DNA of 64,000 bases from TPA_inf: Saccharomyces. Lineage: Eukaryota. Positions 1 to 12,893 of the stretch are shown here, piece after piece; the stretch's first letter is position 1, and each line of letters starts with the position of its first letter. Below the pieces are notes generated by a model that did not search any database, had not been told where the DNA came from, and worked only from the letters and a program-made list of their open reading frames with translations. Position numbers and translations under genes: made by a program. The stretch is taken from positions 64,001-128,000 of the forward strand of contig BK006941.2 of assembly GCA_000146045.2 (NCBI GenBank). The letters are read 5' to 3'.

Positions 1-502
1 ATCAATAAAAACCATTTTTTCGTTCTTGTAAAATTGTATCTCTCATCTGTATTGGATTTTTCGACCATTTGAAAATCATCCTTGCTTTTTCCTTTATATT
101 CAGTCGAGGAATCATTTGCTGTATTAGGCTCTGGTTGAGAAACCTCTTCAAGGCCCTTTTTTGGGTAGGCTTTCAATAAATGTAGAACATTGCCGGATAG
201 TGTAATAATTCCCATTATTATGGTTTTGTTTTGCCTGGTTTGGGCCTGACTTTAGTTATATGATTATTTTTGTATAGATAGCTATAAGTTATTGAAAGTA
301 AGCTAGACAATAATTTTTGGTGAATAGTTGGTGAACATTCCTGAACTACAAAGGACTATTGTTATATTTAGTTTACTTCAATTGGCCCCCAATAGGCTTC
401 GTAATTTTTACATGTCACAAAATTAAATAAGGCAAAACGAGAAACAAAATATTAAAAATGTAGGAAAAAAAAAGTCAAAATTGGTTTGACGACTTAACCT
501 AA

Positions 503-2959
503 TCAATTTAAGTCGGAATGATGATCAACAATAACATCTTTAATTTTATCATGAATATCTAATTCGGTTAATTGACCCAATTCATCTATGAGCTCGGCAA
601 CTTTATCATGCAACTTAACATCCTCCTCGTGAACAATTTCATTCTCATCCATTGTGGATGGATGAGCTGGTTTACTCATATCAGCTTTTTCCAAAAAGTC
701 CTGGTTAGTATTTTCATCGCTTTCGGCACAGAACTGGCCTCCACCAAGAATTATTGAACACATTGTCCTTGTTTCGTTCAAGATGTCACTAGAATATGAC
801 ATCCAAACTTCATCTTGTAAGAAGGCATATATATCTGGAGCAATTAGATCGGTCTTATAAATTTTGGAATACTTCGCAATTTCTTCGGCAATTAATACTA
901 ATTGACCCATATAACCTAAATTTGTTTTCTCTTTTTCGTAAAATTCAAACGAATCCTTGTGGCCTTGTAAAATGAAATCAGAGATAATATGGAAGTCTTT
1001 AACAGGTAACTTTTGGTTGCTGCCGTACAAAGGTTTTGGGATAAATCTTGTAGACTTTTTGAAATCAAACAAAGAATAGACCAAAAATGAGTTATAAGAA
1101 AAATCCATTCGACCATTGAATATCTGCTGAATAATATCAAATACAATGTTGTGCCAAAAGTTATTCCAAGGATATCTTAAGAATAATTGTAGAAACTTTG
1201 GAAAAAACCCAAGGTCATGAAGTTTAATTTTGAATAAATCTCCAATGGTAGGGTTTTTACGTATTTTCAAATTTTGCGTTTCACTGACGTAAGGAATTTC
1301 AAAACTCATATCATCATCATCATCAATATTGTCATCAGATGTATCAAAAGTAGAATACAATTCATTATCATGAAACTTTTTTTTAATATTTTTTTTTTGT
1401 TTTTGGTTGTCATTACTGTCATTACTATCATTATTATTACATTTATCTTCTAATGTATTGGAAGTAATAGTATTATCATTTATATTTAAATTTTTCATGG
1501 CTTTCTCTAGTGAGTTTTGATCAAGAGTGTCCCTGCATTTATCTCTGGTACGTGCTATTTTTTCGCCTCTTTTTGAATTCATCAATCCCATATTTGAACA
1601 GTGTAACATTTCCGATATCAATTCTGTAATCTTGACTCTTTCAAAGCCCAAAGGCCTGAATGATTCATGCAATTGGTTTTCTAGTAGGTGATGCTTAACA
1701 GATGGAAGAGCTTTTGAAGCAGTGTCATGATCATCGTCATCATCATTTTCAAGTTTAATTAGTAATGCATAAAAATCTTCCATATGCATAGTGAGCTCAT
1801 ATAACAAATGGCCCAAATAGACTGGATCTCTTTGAGAAGGCGGATTGTCTACTATGGTGGTACTTAACAAATCTACTTCGTCATAGTCGGAATTATTCTT
1901 CCTGATCAACTCAATTATAATAGATACGGCAACTCCCATTGCATGGCCTCTTTGAAATAAGATTATATTAATAAGTTGGTCGACATATTGCGGAGAGGCA
2001 AGCTGTCTTGTCAATCGGTTAGGTCCGATCCACAAAGTATCCAGTTTAAAATTGGTGGAAATGCTGATCAGTGCTTTTAGAAGCTCTCCGCTACTGTTTT
2101 GAATACCAGGTGAGTATTTGCTATTTTCCAAGAGATTCAAACACTTAGGTATCAGATCCTGGTGATACAAGAAGTCAATAATGTTCGTAGGTGATTCAAC
2201 TTGATCAGTCAGCATGATTTTAATGAGAAATTCAACCAAGGGTGAGACTTCAATATGATATAAGAACTTGTCCACAATGTTCGGTTGCGATTTGAAAAAT
2301 TCCAAATAGCTAGATGTCTGTTCAAACAGAAGAGTTTCGTTAATCTTAAGGAAAACAGCCAAGATAGGACAATTTTCTGCCTCAATATTTTCAAACTGGA
2401 AAACCTCGAACAGAGAGGACAAAAATGGGGTATTTTGCACGAGTGCCTCCACTATGGGCGCACTTTTCGAACAAAAAATACTGGAAATAATGTTGACATA
2501 CAGCATTGGGTCTTCATCGTCCTGATCTTCATATTCACCTGTTTGATGGAATGAATTCTCTAAAAGAAATGGGGTTCTATAACCAGTGCGGTCTATGTCC
2601 TTCAGGTAAGCCATCAACATGTCCACTAGGTAGTCCATGTGGCGGACCTGCTGGGAACGGTCGTCATAGAAATATCCCAAGCAAATGAAGTCGACGAGTC
2701 TGTCGTTGGCTGCTCCATTCAGTTCATCCAGCAAAGCTGTTTCCAACAAGATCCTATCAATAAATGACTGGTTAAGGTCACTCCTATCCCGAGACTCGGT
2801 ACCAAATTCGGACTCTGACTCCATAGAAGGCTCATTCTTCTTGTCGTCAGTTGAAGAGGTCTCATTTCCCTCCAAACTACGAAAAATTAGATAGTACTCT
2901 TCAAGTATCGAATCAATTCCGGAATGACTCAGCGTCTCTCCAAAGGGCCATAGTGACAT
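503..2959 (-). CDS. SAP4: SIT4-associating protein SAP4 (YGL229C), 818 aa
   Basis: Full-length 818-aa ORF in the track; protein recognised as the SAP-family Sit4 phosphatase-associated protein; its position before SHE10 and VID30 matches known chrVII-L order. Confidence 0.85.
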   Translation of the reverse strand: MSLWPFGETLSHSGIDSILEEYYLIFRSLEGNETSSTDDKKNEPSMESESEFGTESRDRSDLNQSFIDRILLETALLDELNGAANDRLVDFICLGYFYDDRSQQVRHMDYLVDMLMAYLKDIDRTGYRTPFLLENSFHQTGEYEDQDDEDPMLYVNIISSIFCSKSAPIVEALVQNTPFLSSLFEVFQFENIEAENCPILAVFLKINETLLFEQTSSYLEFFKSQPNIVDKFLYHIEVSPLVEFLIKIMLTDQVESPTNIIDFLYHQDLIPKCLNLLENSKYSPGIQNSSGELLKALISISTNFKLDTLWIGPNRLTRQLASPQYVDQLINIILFQRGHAMGVAVSIIIELIRKNNSDYDEVDLLSTTIVDNPPSQRDPVYLGHLLYELTMHMEDFYALLIKLENDDDDDHDTASKALPSVKHHLLENQLHESFRPLGFERVKITELISEMLHCSNMGLMNSKRGEKIARTRDKCRDTLDQNSLEKAMKNLNINDNTITSNTLEDKCNNNDSNDSNDNQKQKKNIKKKFHDNELYSTFDTSDDNIDDDDDMSFEIPYVSETQNLKIRKNPTIGDLFKIKLHDLGFFPKFLQLFLRYPWNNFWHNIVFDIIQQIFNGRMDFSYNSFLVYSLFDFKKSTRFIPKPLYGSNQKLPVKDFHIISDFILQGHKDSFEFYEKEKTNLGYMGQLVLIAEEIAKYSKIYKTDLIAPDIYAFLQDEVWMSYSSDILNETRTMCSIILGGGQFCAESDENTNQDFLEKADMSKPAHPSTMDENEIVHEEDVKLHDKVAELIDELGQLTELDIHDKIKDVIVDHHSDLN

Positions 2960-3135
2960 ATTTTTATTTTATTTTAGCTTTATCGAAAAGCAAGAGAGCA
3001 GTAAACTGGACGGTATAGAAGAAAAGAGAACTTAATAACAAAAGACCAGATTGTCTATAACTTTATCTCACACCAAATACCAGGTTGTCCTTTTCCCGCT
3101 GGGTGAAGCAACCGTTTCACTTATTCGCACAATCC

Positions 3136-3175
3136 AATTAGTAGAACACAACACAACACAACACAACACAACACA
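3136..3175. repeat. (ACACA)n pentanucleotide repeat, about 8 units with one G variant, between SAP4 and SHE10
   Basis: acacaacacaacacaacacaacacaacacagcacaacacg, directly visible. Confidence 0.9.
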
Positions 3176-3576
3176 GCACAACACGCTTACCAAATTATAT
3201 TTACTACGGCAACCAAAAACCGACAGAATAAAAAACAGCCATCATACGTGGATGAACTCTTGGTTTATTGTCTGTTATTATCCTCGAGAGTTCTTATTTA
3301 GGGGATTTAGGGCTGGCATCAATACCCTAACTAAACCCTGAACTGCCCAAGGAACAATTTTCAAAAGTAAGAAATGTCCTATACGTTTCTATGTATAACC
3401 CTAAGATAGTCAGGTTTCGGAAATAAGGCGGATTTCTACGTACATGATGATAATCATGTATCAAAGAAAGGATCAACTTGAAGAACAGCCTTAAAGTAAG
3501 CGTAATGGGCATTCTGTTTCAACCACCATTTCTGAAGTACTTTATATCTTGGATGCACAAAAGCTGTTACATCTAA

Positions 3577-5331
<1,755 letters not shown>

Positions 5332-5349
5332 TGAAATTCATGCGCTTGC

Positions 5350-5352
<3 letters not shown>

Positions 5353-5387
<35 letters not shown>
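5353..5387. repeat. (AC)n dinucleotide microsatellite (about 17 units) followed by a (TA)n/(TCTA) tract, just 3' of SHE10
   Basis: acacacacacacacacacacacacacacacacaca, directly visible. Confidence 0.95.
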
Positions 5388-5389
<2 letters not shown>

Positions 5390-5670
5390 ATCTATCTATA
5401 TATATATGTATGTTCTTTATTGTTTGTCTTTACCTTTATATATAAACATATATAGCCATATAAGAATATAATATTACCACTCCACTGTATTTTGTATCCT
5501 GCCTATTTTTGCTAGATTACAGGACGCGCGAGCCTTTCAGGGGAGGGAACTGATGAATCGATCAACCAAAAGAAAGAGCCAAAGGATTGGACCAGAACTG
5601 TTACTGTTATAGCAGAAATATTAGTAGTACGTTAAAGCCAAGCGTCGAATTTCAGCATAATTAAGAGGAA

Positions 5671-8547
5671 ATGTCTGAATATATGGATGACGTAGACCGC
5701 GAATTCATTAACTGTTTGTTCCCGAGCTACTTGCTGCAACAGCCTGTGGCTTATGATTTATGGATTTTATATTTGCAACATAGAAAACTCTTTCACAAAC
5801 TGAAGAACACTAACTTAATCAACGCTGATGAAAATCCCACTGGCGTTGGAATGGGCAGGACAAAGTTAACTGCTTTAACAAGGAAAGAAATCTGGTCTAA
5901 ATTGATGAATTTGGGTGTTCTAGGCACAATTTCGTTTGAAGCTGTCAACGACGATTACCTGATTCAAGTCTATAAATATTTCTATCCAGACGTTAATGAT
6001 TTTACTTTGAGATTTGGTGTTAAAGATTCAAATAAAAATTCAGTGCGAGTTATGAAAGCTTCCTCAGACATGAGGAAAAATGCTCAGGAACTATTAGAAC
6101 CCGTTTTATCCGAACGTGAAATGGCGCTTAACTCTAATACCAGCCTGGAAAATGACAGAAATGACGATGATGATGACGATGATGATGATGACGATGATGA
6201 CGATGACGATGACGACGACGACGATGAATCCGATCTGGAAAGCTTAGAAGGGGAAGTGGATACTGACACGGACGATAACAACGAAGGAGATGGCTCTGAC
6301 AATCACGAGGAAGGTGGAGAAGAAGGAAGTAGAGGAGCTGATGCTGATGTGTCCAGTGCACAGCAGCGTGCCGAAAGGGTTGCGGACCCATGGATATATC
6401 AAAGATCTAGATCAGCTATTAATATAGAAACAGAATCAAGGAATTTGTGGGATACATCTGACAAGAACAGTGGTCTACAATACTACCCCCCTGATCAGTC
6501 TCCAAGTTCTTCCTTTTCTTCTCCTAGAGTATCGTCTGGTAACGACAAAAATGACAATGAGGCAACAAATGTTTTGTCCAACAGTGGTAGCAAAAAGAAA
6601 AACTCAATGATCCCTGATATTTACAAAATACTTGGGTACTTTTTACCTTCTAGATGGCAAGCTCAACCAAATAACAGCTTGCAGCTATCTCAAGATGGTA
6701 TTACTCATTTACAACCTAATCCTGATTATCACTCATACATGACTTATGAAAGATCAAGCGCTTCTTCTGCCTCTACCAGAAATAGACTGAGAACCTCTTT
6801 TGAGAACTCTGGGAAAGTGGACTTTGCAGTCACTTGGGCAAATAAGTCATTGCCAGACAATAAGTTAACTATATTCTATTACGAGATTAAAGTTCTCAGT
6901 GTAACGAGTACAGAGAGTGCTGAAAATAGTAACATTGTTATCGGATACAAGTTAGTAGAGAATGAATTAATGGAAGCGACTACAAAAAAGAGTGTTTCTC
7001 GTTCAAGCGTGGCCGGTTCTAGTAGTAGCTTAGGTGGTAGTAATAACATGAGTTCCAATAGAGTACCTTCTACTTCTTTCACTATGGAAGGTACTCAAAG
7101 GCGTGATTATATTTATGAAGGGGGCGTTTCAGCCATGTCTCTTAACGTGGATGGTTCCATAAATAAGTGTCAGAAATACGGATTTGATCTTAATGTATTT
7201 GGCTATTGCGGATTTGACGGTTTGATAACTAATTCTACAGAACAATCTAAGGAATATGCTAAGCCTTTTGGTAGGGATGACGTTATTGGTTGTGGCATAA
7301 ATTTTATCGATGGCTCAATTTTTTTCACGAAGAATGGTATCCATTTAGGTAACGCATTCACCGACTTGAATGATCTAGAATTCGTCCCATATGTGGCCTT
7401 ACGACCTGGGAATTCTATCAAAACAAATTTTGGGTTAAATGAGGATTTTGTATTTGACATTATTGGATATCAAGATAAATGGAAGAGTTTGGCGTATGAG
7501 CATATTTGTCGTGGACGCCAAATGGACGTTTCAATTGAAGAATTCGACTCTGATGAAAGTGAGGAAGATGAAACTGAAAATGGGCCTGAAGAAAATAAAT
7601 CAACAAACGTTAATGAAGATTTGATGGATATTGATCAAGAGGATGGTGCCGCTGGTAATAAGGATACAAAGAAGCTTAACGATGAGAAGGACAACAATCT
7701 GAAGTTTCTTTTGGGAGAAGATAATAGGTTTATAGATGGAAAGCTAGTTAGACCAGACGTGAACAATATTAACAACTTAAGCGTGGATGACGGTTCATTG
7801 CCTAATACATTAAACGTGATGATAAATGATTATTTGATCCACGAAGGATTGGTGGATGTTGCAAAGGGGTTTTTGAAAGATTTGCAAAAAGATGCGGTTA
7901 ATGTCAATGGGCAACATTCTGAAAGTAAAGATGTTATCAGGCACAATGAAAGACAGATCATGAAAGAAGAACGTATGGTAAAGATAAGGCAAGAATTAAG
8001 ATACTTGATAAACAAAGGTCAAATTAGCAAATGCATCAATTATATCGATAACGAAATTCCAGATCTGTTAAAAAATAATCTAGAATTGGTATTTGAGTTA
8101 AAACTAGCGAATTATCTGGTGATGATTAAAAAGAGTTCATCCAAAGATGATGACGAAATTGAAAATTTAATTTTGAAGGGTCAAGAATTATCTAATGAAT
8201 TTATCTACGATACTAAAATTCCACAATCTTTGAGGGATAGGTTTAGTGGACAATTGAGTAATGTCTCTGCATTGTTAGCATATTCCAATCCACTTGTGGA
8301 GGCACCAAAGGAGATATCAGGATATTTGAGTGACGAATACTTACAAGAGAGATTATTTCAAGTTAGTAACAACACAATACTAACATTTTTACATAAGGAT
8401 AGCGAATGCGCATTAGAGAATGTAATATCAAACACTAGAGCTATGCTTTCTACATTACTTGAGTATAACGCGTTCGGTTCAACCAACTCTTCAGATCCAA
8501 GATATTACAAAGCTATTAACTTCGACGAAGATGTGTTGAATTTATGA
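5671..8547 (+). CDS. VID30: VID30/GID1 (YGL227W), 958 aa, GID ubiquitin-ligase complex subunit (SPRY, LisH/CTLH)
   Basis: 958-aa ORF with a 24-residue poly-Asp run and C-terminal LisH/CTLH-like region; recognised sequence, length and synteny. Confidence 0.85.
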
Positions 8548-8748
8548 GCATAAAACAAGCACCTTCAAACAACAAAGCCATGTGATATCAGTCATTATCT
8601 TCCCAAAAATCGCATATTAATATGTCTTAAACCGTTTATATAATGAAATTTACTTGACACCTTTCTTTTTAATATTCTCATCCAAAATACTTCTTAAGTA
8701 TAGTATATAATTTCATCGATAATTCCTTTATAGGCCAACGAAGAGCCA

Positions 8749-8988
8749 CTAGACGTAGACACCGAAAGAATTCGAAGCAAAAACAGTGGTCAAGCCAGCA
8801 AACAAGCTGCCAATTACACTTAAAATTGTGTAGAAGAAGAGTTTCTTAATGTATGAAGATTTAGAACCGACGGCGAACAGGGCAGATGATAATACAGCTA
8901 ATGTAACGATTAAACCACAAATTGCAAATTTTGGTTGAGTGTCTAAGTGGATAAATGGCTGGAAGCTCTTTGAGGAATGGAACTCTTT
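8749..8988 (-). CDS. OST5: OST5 exon 2 (oligosaccharyltransferase zeta subunit, YGL226C-A); codes KEFHSSKSFQPFIHLDTQPKFAICGLIV...ASNSFGVYV*
   Basis: Reverse-complement translation of 8749-8988 gives KEFHSSKSFQPF...GLTTVFASNSFGVYV with stop at 8749-8751; joins in frame to exon 1 (MTYEQLY) across a 149-nt intron; total 86 aa, matching the protein I remember. Confidence 0.8.
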   Translation of the reverse strand, partial: KEFHSSKSFQPFIHLDTQPKFAICGLIVTLAVLSSALFAVGSKSSYIKKLFFYTILSVIGSLFAGLTTVFASNSFGVYV

Positions 8989-9137
8989 CTTAAGTGATTA
9001 CACAAATGCCGAGAAGGCGAATTGGCTATACTTGTTAGTAATTATGAATTAGAAAACAGGAAGGGAACTATTCATTGTCCTGTGTGTTGTTAAAAACATC
9101 AAAAGAATAGCATCAACCAGCGTTACAGGCAACGTAC
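8989..9137 (-). other. OST5: OST5 spliceosomal intron (149 nt; GUACGU...UACUAAC...AAG)
   Basis: GTACGT at the intron 5' end (+ strand 9132-9137 acgtac), perfect TACTAAC branchpoint (+ 9034-9040 gttagta), acceptor cttAAG/AAAGAG restoring the frame to give an 86-aa protein. Confidence 0.7.
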
Positions 9138-9158
9138 GTATAATTGTTCATAAGTCAT
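9138..9158 (-). CDS. OST5: OST5 exon 1 (ATG ACT TAT GAA CAA TTA TAC = MTYEQLY) followed by 5' splice site GUACGU
   Basis: Reverse complement of 9138-9158 is ATGACTTATGAACAATTATAC, immediately followed by GTACGT; branchpoint TACTAAC is the reverse complement of 9034-9040; 3' splice AG at 8989-8990. Confidence 0.75.
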
Positions 9159-9339
9159 TGTAAACCTTGAATATGCAGGGATATCTCTCACTGCTTATGT
9201 TTTGCCTATTTACAGTATACGTTTTATGTGTACTTGCATCCTTCTTCGAAAAGTATTTGCAATTTCAAATTTCGCGTCAAAGAAAAGAGAAGACCACCCA
9301 AAAGATATCATTTCAACATAGGTAGAAATAAGGCAGAAG

Positions 9340-9711
9340 ATGATGGGACGAAACGGTATTCGGCTAGCACTGAAAAGATCTTTCAGCACTTATCAGCCAC
9401 CGGTAGTAGAGATTACGAATATAACGAAGTTATGGCCCACTCTACGACCTGAAGTTAGGGATGAAATCAAGGAATACTTACGATGGAGGATGCAAGAAGA
9501 TTGGAGACATATACCGCTGGAGGAGACCAAAGCAGCGTATTTCTTATCTTATGGACCCTGTGGTGGCAGATCCAAGGGCAACGAATGGAACGTAGGGTAC
9601 ACGGGAATGCGGATAGTGTTCAACCTTGTTTTATTTGGCGGTGCAGCGACTGCATTTTATAATTGGAAACAAGATAAAAAGCTAGAGGAACAATTAAGGG
9701 ATCTTGTATAA
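9340..9711 (+). CDS. MTC3: MTC3 (YGL226W), 123-aa mitochondrial protein
   Basis: 123-aa ORF MMGRNGIRLALKRSFSTYQPP... with a mitochondrial presequence-like N-terminus; divergent from OST5 (181 bp apart); length and position match. Confidence 0.75.
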   Translation: MMGRNGIRLALKRSFSTYQPPVVEITNITKLWPTLRPEVRDEIKEYLRWRMQEDWRHIPLEETKAAYFLSYGPCGGRSKGNEWNVGYTGMRIVFNLVLFGGAATAFYNWKQDKKLEEQLRDLV

Positions 9712-9828
9712 ATTGGAAGCAACAATAGTATATATATATATGCGCTTGCGCAGAGTACGTTCTATTCATTTTTTATCATTCATTATCTATCCCTGTAAAT
9801 AAACTAATATAAAAATTCAAAAAAATAA

Positions 9829-9902
9829 TGATTTCGCCCAGGATCGAACTGGGGACGTTCTGCGTGTTAAGCAGATGCCATAACCGACTAGACCACGAAA
9901 CC
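9829..9902 (-). tRNA. tV(AAC): tRNA-Val (anticodon AAC)
   Basis: Reverse complement reads GGTTTCGTGGTCTAGTCGGTTATGGCATCTGCTTAACACGCAGAACGTCCCCAGTTCGATCCTGGGCGAAATCA, a cloverleaf with GTGGTCTAGTCGG D-arm, GGTTCGATCC T-arm, anticodon loop CTTAACAC. Confidence 0.9.
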
Positions 9903-11474
9903 ACTTAATTGAAATATACAACCCCAAGATAAGATACTTGCTTCATAGTTTAGTTGTAAAATTGAAGTTCAGTACAACATGGCACTAGTATAAAAAAAAG
10001 TTTACCAGCCATTACTGCGCACTTACCTACATTAGTCACTCTTAGCGTATATTCTAAATACGCTTAGAGACGTCTCCTTACTATTTTTCATACGTATAAC
10101 TCTCAAAGGACAGTATAGACATATCCCTGGGGGCTTTTAGAGTGCAGCCTCTGGAGGTCTACACACGTTAATAGTCTCAAAAAATACGCTAATATTTGTT
10201 AAATAAGCGAATAGGTCTTCATGTGCGCCTGAATCAGTAGCTGTCTACATGGTAAAGAGTAATTTGTTGACACGAAAATTGATAGTTGGTTAAAAAATAT
10301 TGCAGATTCAATACTACATGAAAGACTTAATTACAAGATAGACTGATGGTGAAAAAAGAATGTACAGGTTTACCGGCAAACATTTTGAGAAATTAAAGCC
10401 CAAAAAATTTTGTGTACCTTATGATTTTCCTCCTCTGTCTAATCCAGTTCCGTATCTGGGTACTGCTGCTTCTTTGTTAAAATCGCAGCATGCTTCCCAT
10501 TGTTGGGAATTGACTTTGAGCAATATTTAGTTAGTAACTACCATATAGGTGACTGTCGTGTGCCAGCTATAACAGAAATAATCCTTTCACCATGATCATT
10601 GTAAACGATCAAAGAAAACTCTGAAGGGACTATAATGCAGTCTTCATGCAGACACTTGAAATATACGACATTAGTAGCTCCCAAGGTAGTAGGCACATCC
10701 TGCGTAAATTCTCCACAACCATGTTGTATATATAGCAGCCATAGTATGACCGAGCACATGGGACGTACGAATAAAAGATTTTCTCAGATCCCTGAACTTG
10801 AGCGTCAACCATGAATTTCTCTACTTTTTTTTCGAGCAGTAATTACCATTTTAGGTTTGATTACAATCACAGCTTCAGCAGAATTTGATTTCGACGTAGG
10901 CTATGAAGAGTTTGTCCGTATCAACCCTGATAAGACCTTCTTAGAAAGTGAGATTGGCCTTTACGTTGGTTGGACCGAGGGTAGTCAACGGCAGATAACA
11001 ACGATACCACATAATTCCACGTTGGCGGCATCACTACAAGAGTAGAATGGTTGTGGTGGTAATGGCACAGAAACCTCCATCGCTACGTCCACACTTACGA
11101 TGAGTGGTATACCTATCGCTACGATAATGAAGCACAGAAAAAGTGTACTTATCATATTACCGCAACTATGTACGTGAGGTGTAAATTATGGCTCTCATAG
11201 GACATAAGTAGGACAGAAATTGAAATTTTTGTGTTGGCAGAGCGAAAGAAACTTGAATTCGTTTATGAGGAATAAATTCTCAGCTCCATCCATGGTTCCA
11301 GTTGACGCTATGATACGCAAATTCCTTTGTGATACAGGTATCATTTCTGCAATTCCTCGTAGATTGTTGATCATACCATAAGATTGATGCTGGGGAAAGT
11401 GGAGAAGCTAACTTAACGATTGAGGCCTTGGCAAACCCTGTTAAACCAGTACTATCGGCCTTAACATGCGACTT

Positions 11475-11495
11475 AGAGAGAGAGAGAGAGAGAGA
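11475..11495. repeat. (AG)n microsatellite, about 10 units
   Basis: agagagagagagagagagaga, directly visible. Confidence 0.9.
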
Positions 11496-12893
11496 TGTTT
11501 GCGTTTGCGTCATGATAGAGATGCTACATCCACATAGTTGTTGTAGACATGTTTAAAGGTACAATTCTGCAACAACGCCTTGAAATTTTCCAAAACTAAC
11601 CAAGCACATTGGAGTTACGCTTATATAGTAAGCCACTTCACTTGCGTTGCTGTAAAGGTTGATAACTACAGGTAGGAATTAATGAATGTTAAATAAAAAA
11701 GGGAAATACCATCATCTCGACAAGAAAGGCAAAATAACTTTTCAATCTCACCAAGACGCGCGAACGAAACTCGTGCGTCTATATTAGTATCTTGACGGCG
11801 CTTTTACATCATTAAAGGTGTAATAAAACTGAAGTCATGCGATGGCACTGAAATAATCAAAGTAACTATTTGTGATGGCATGCACTGTGATATGATCTCA
11901 AGGAAAAAAATGCAATGTCGGGCGCCAATACTTATGATCATGCTTAGTCTCGACATTGACCTTGCTTGCTACAGTAATCTGGTGTCCGAGTAGTGACATC
12001 TAGGTACCGGTGAGAACTATATCTTCATTACTACACTTGTCGCCCCTGAATATTATCGCTACACACGCGAAAGAGCTCTTGTTAAAGTTACTCTCGCATC
12101 ATTGCGGTACATGTTTTGCATATTCATCTGAAGTAGGAAAGGGTATAAGCAGTATATGATGTACCATCTGCATAAGCGGTGTTTAATGCGTACCTATCGT
12201 TTAAGAACAAAAGGAACACACCCACACCCGCTCCAATACCATATTGAGAGAATAATGAGGTAACATATGCTTCTATTTGGTTCGATAAGACGGCTACTAG
12301 TCCAAAAAAAGTCAAACAACAATTTCAACAGCTACATTCTGAAGATAGAACGCATTTTTGCCTGAATATTGCAACTCAATAGACATTCTAAAGTGCTACG
12401 AGAAAAAAGCTTGTAATGGACCATGGCAATGTGCGCCATATATATATGCGGCTCCCTTATGAGTAGAAGAAAATATATGACTGGTGGTACAAAGTGGCAT
12501 GGTGGTATATAGATGTAGGAACACCATTTGAGTTTGCCATAATGATTAAATTTCCCTTTTTATAAAGAATTAGCCGCCCATAACACGAAAAATATCACAG
12601 TTGACGAAAGAAGACACGTCGCCTAAACGCGTAATGAATCGCAATATACGAAAAGCTAAACGGGTTTTTCAGAATCCTCTTACCCAGCCTTGGATAATAG
12701 TTTTGGCCGAAAAAAAAAAAAAGAAAGAAAAAAATTGAAATTTCGCGATCCGAACAAACAATGAACAGAAAAACAGAATATATATAACGCTGCCAAGCCT
12801 ATTTCTTGTTGCCGATTAATTGTTGACATCCTCTTAATTACCAAAAGAGCCTAAGAAAACAAACACACTAACCACACAGTATCTTTCGCCCGA

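Noticed and set aside
3051-3341. 96-aa ORF with HNTTQHNTTQHNT repeat
   Set aside because: It is a translation of the (ACACA)n pentanucleotide repeat in the SAP4-SHE10 intergenic region, not a gene.
10491-10810. Possible LTR (TGTTGGGAATTGAC ... GTCAACCA) near tRNA-Val
   Set aside because: The termini are not a proper TGTTG/CAACA inverted pair and the interior does not match delta, sigma or tau as I recall them, so this is insufficient to call a mobile element.
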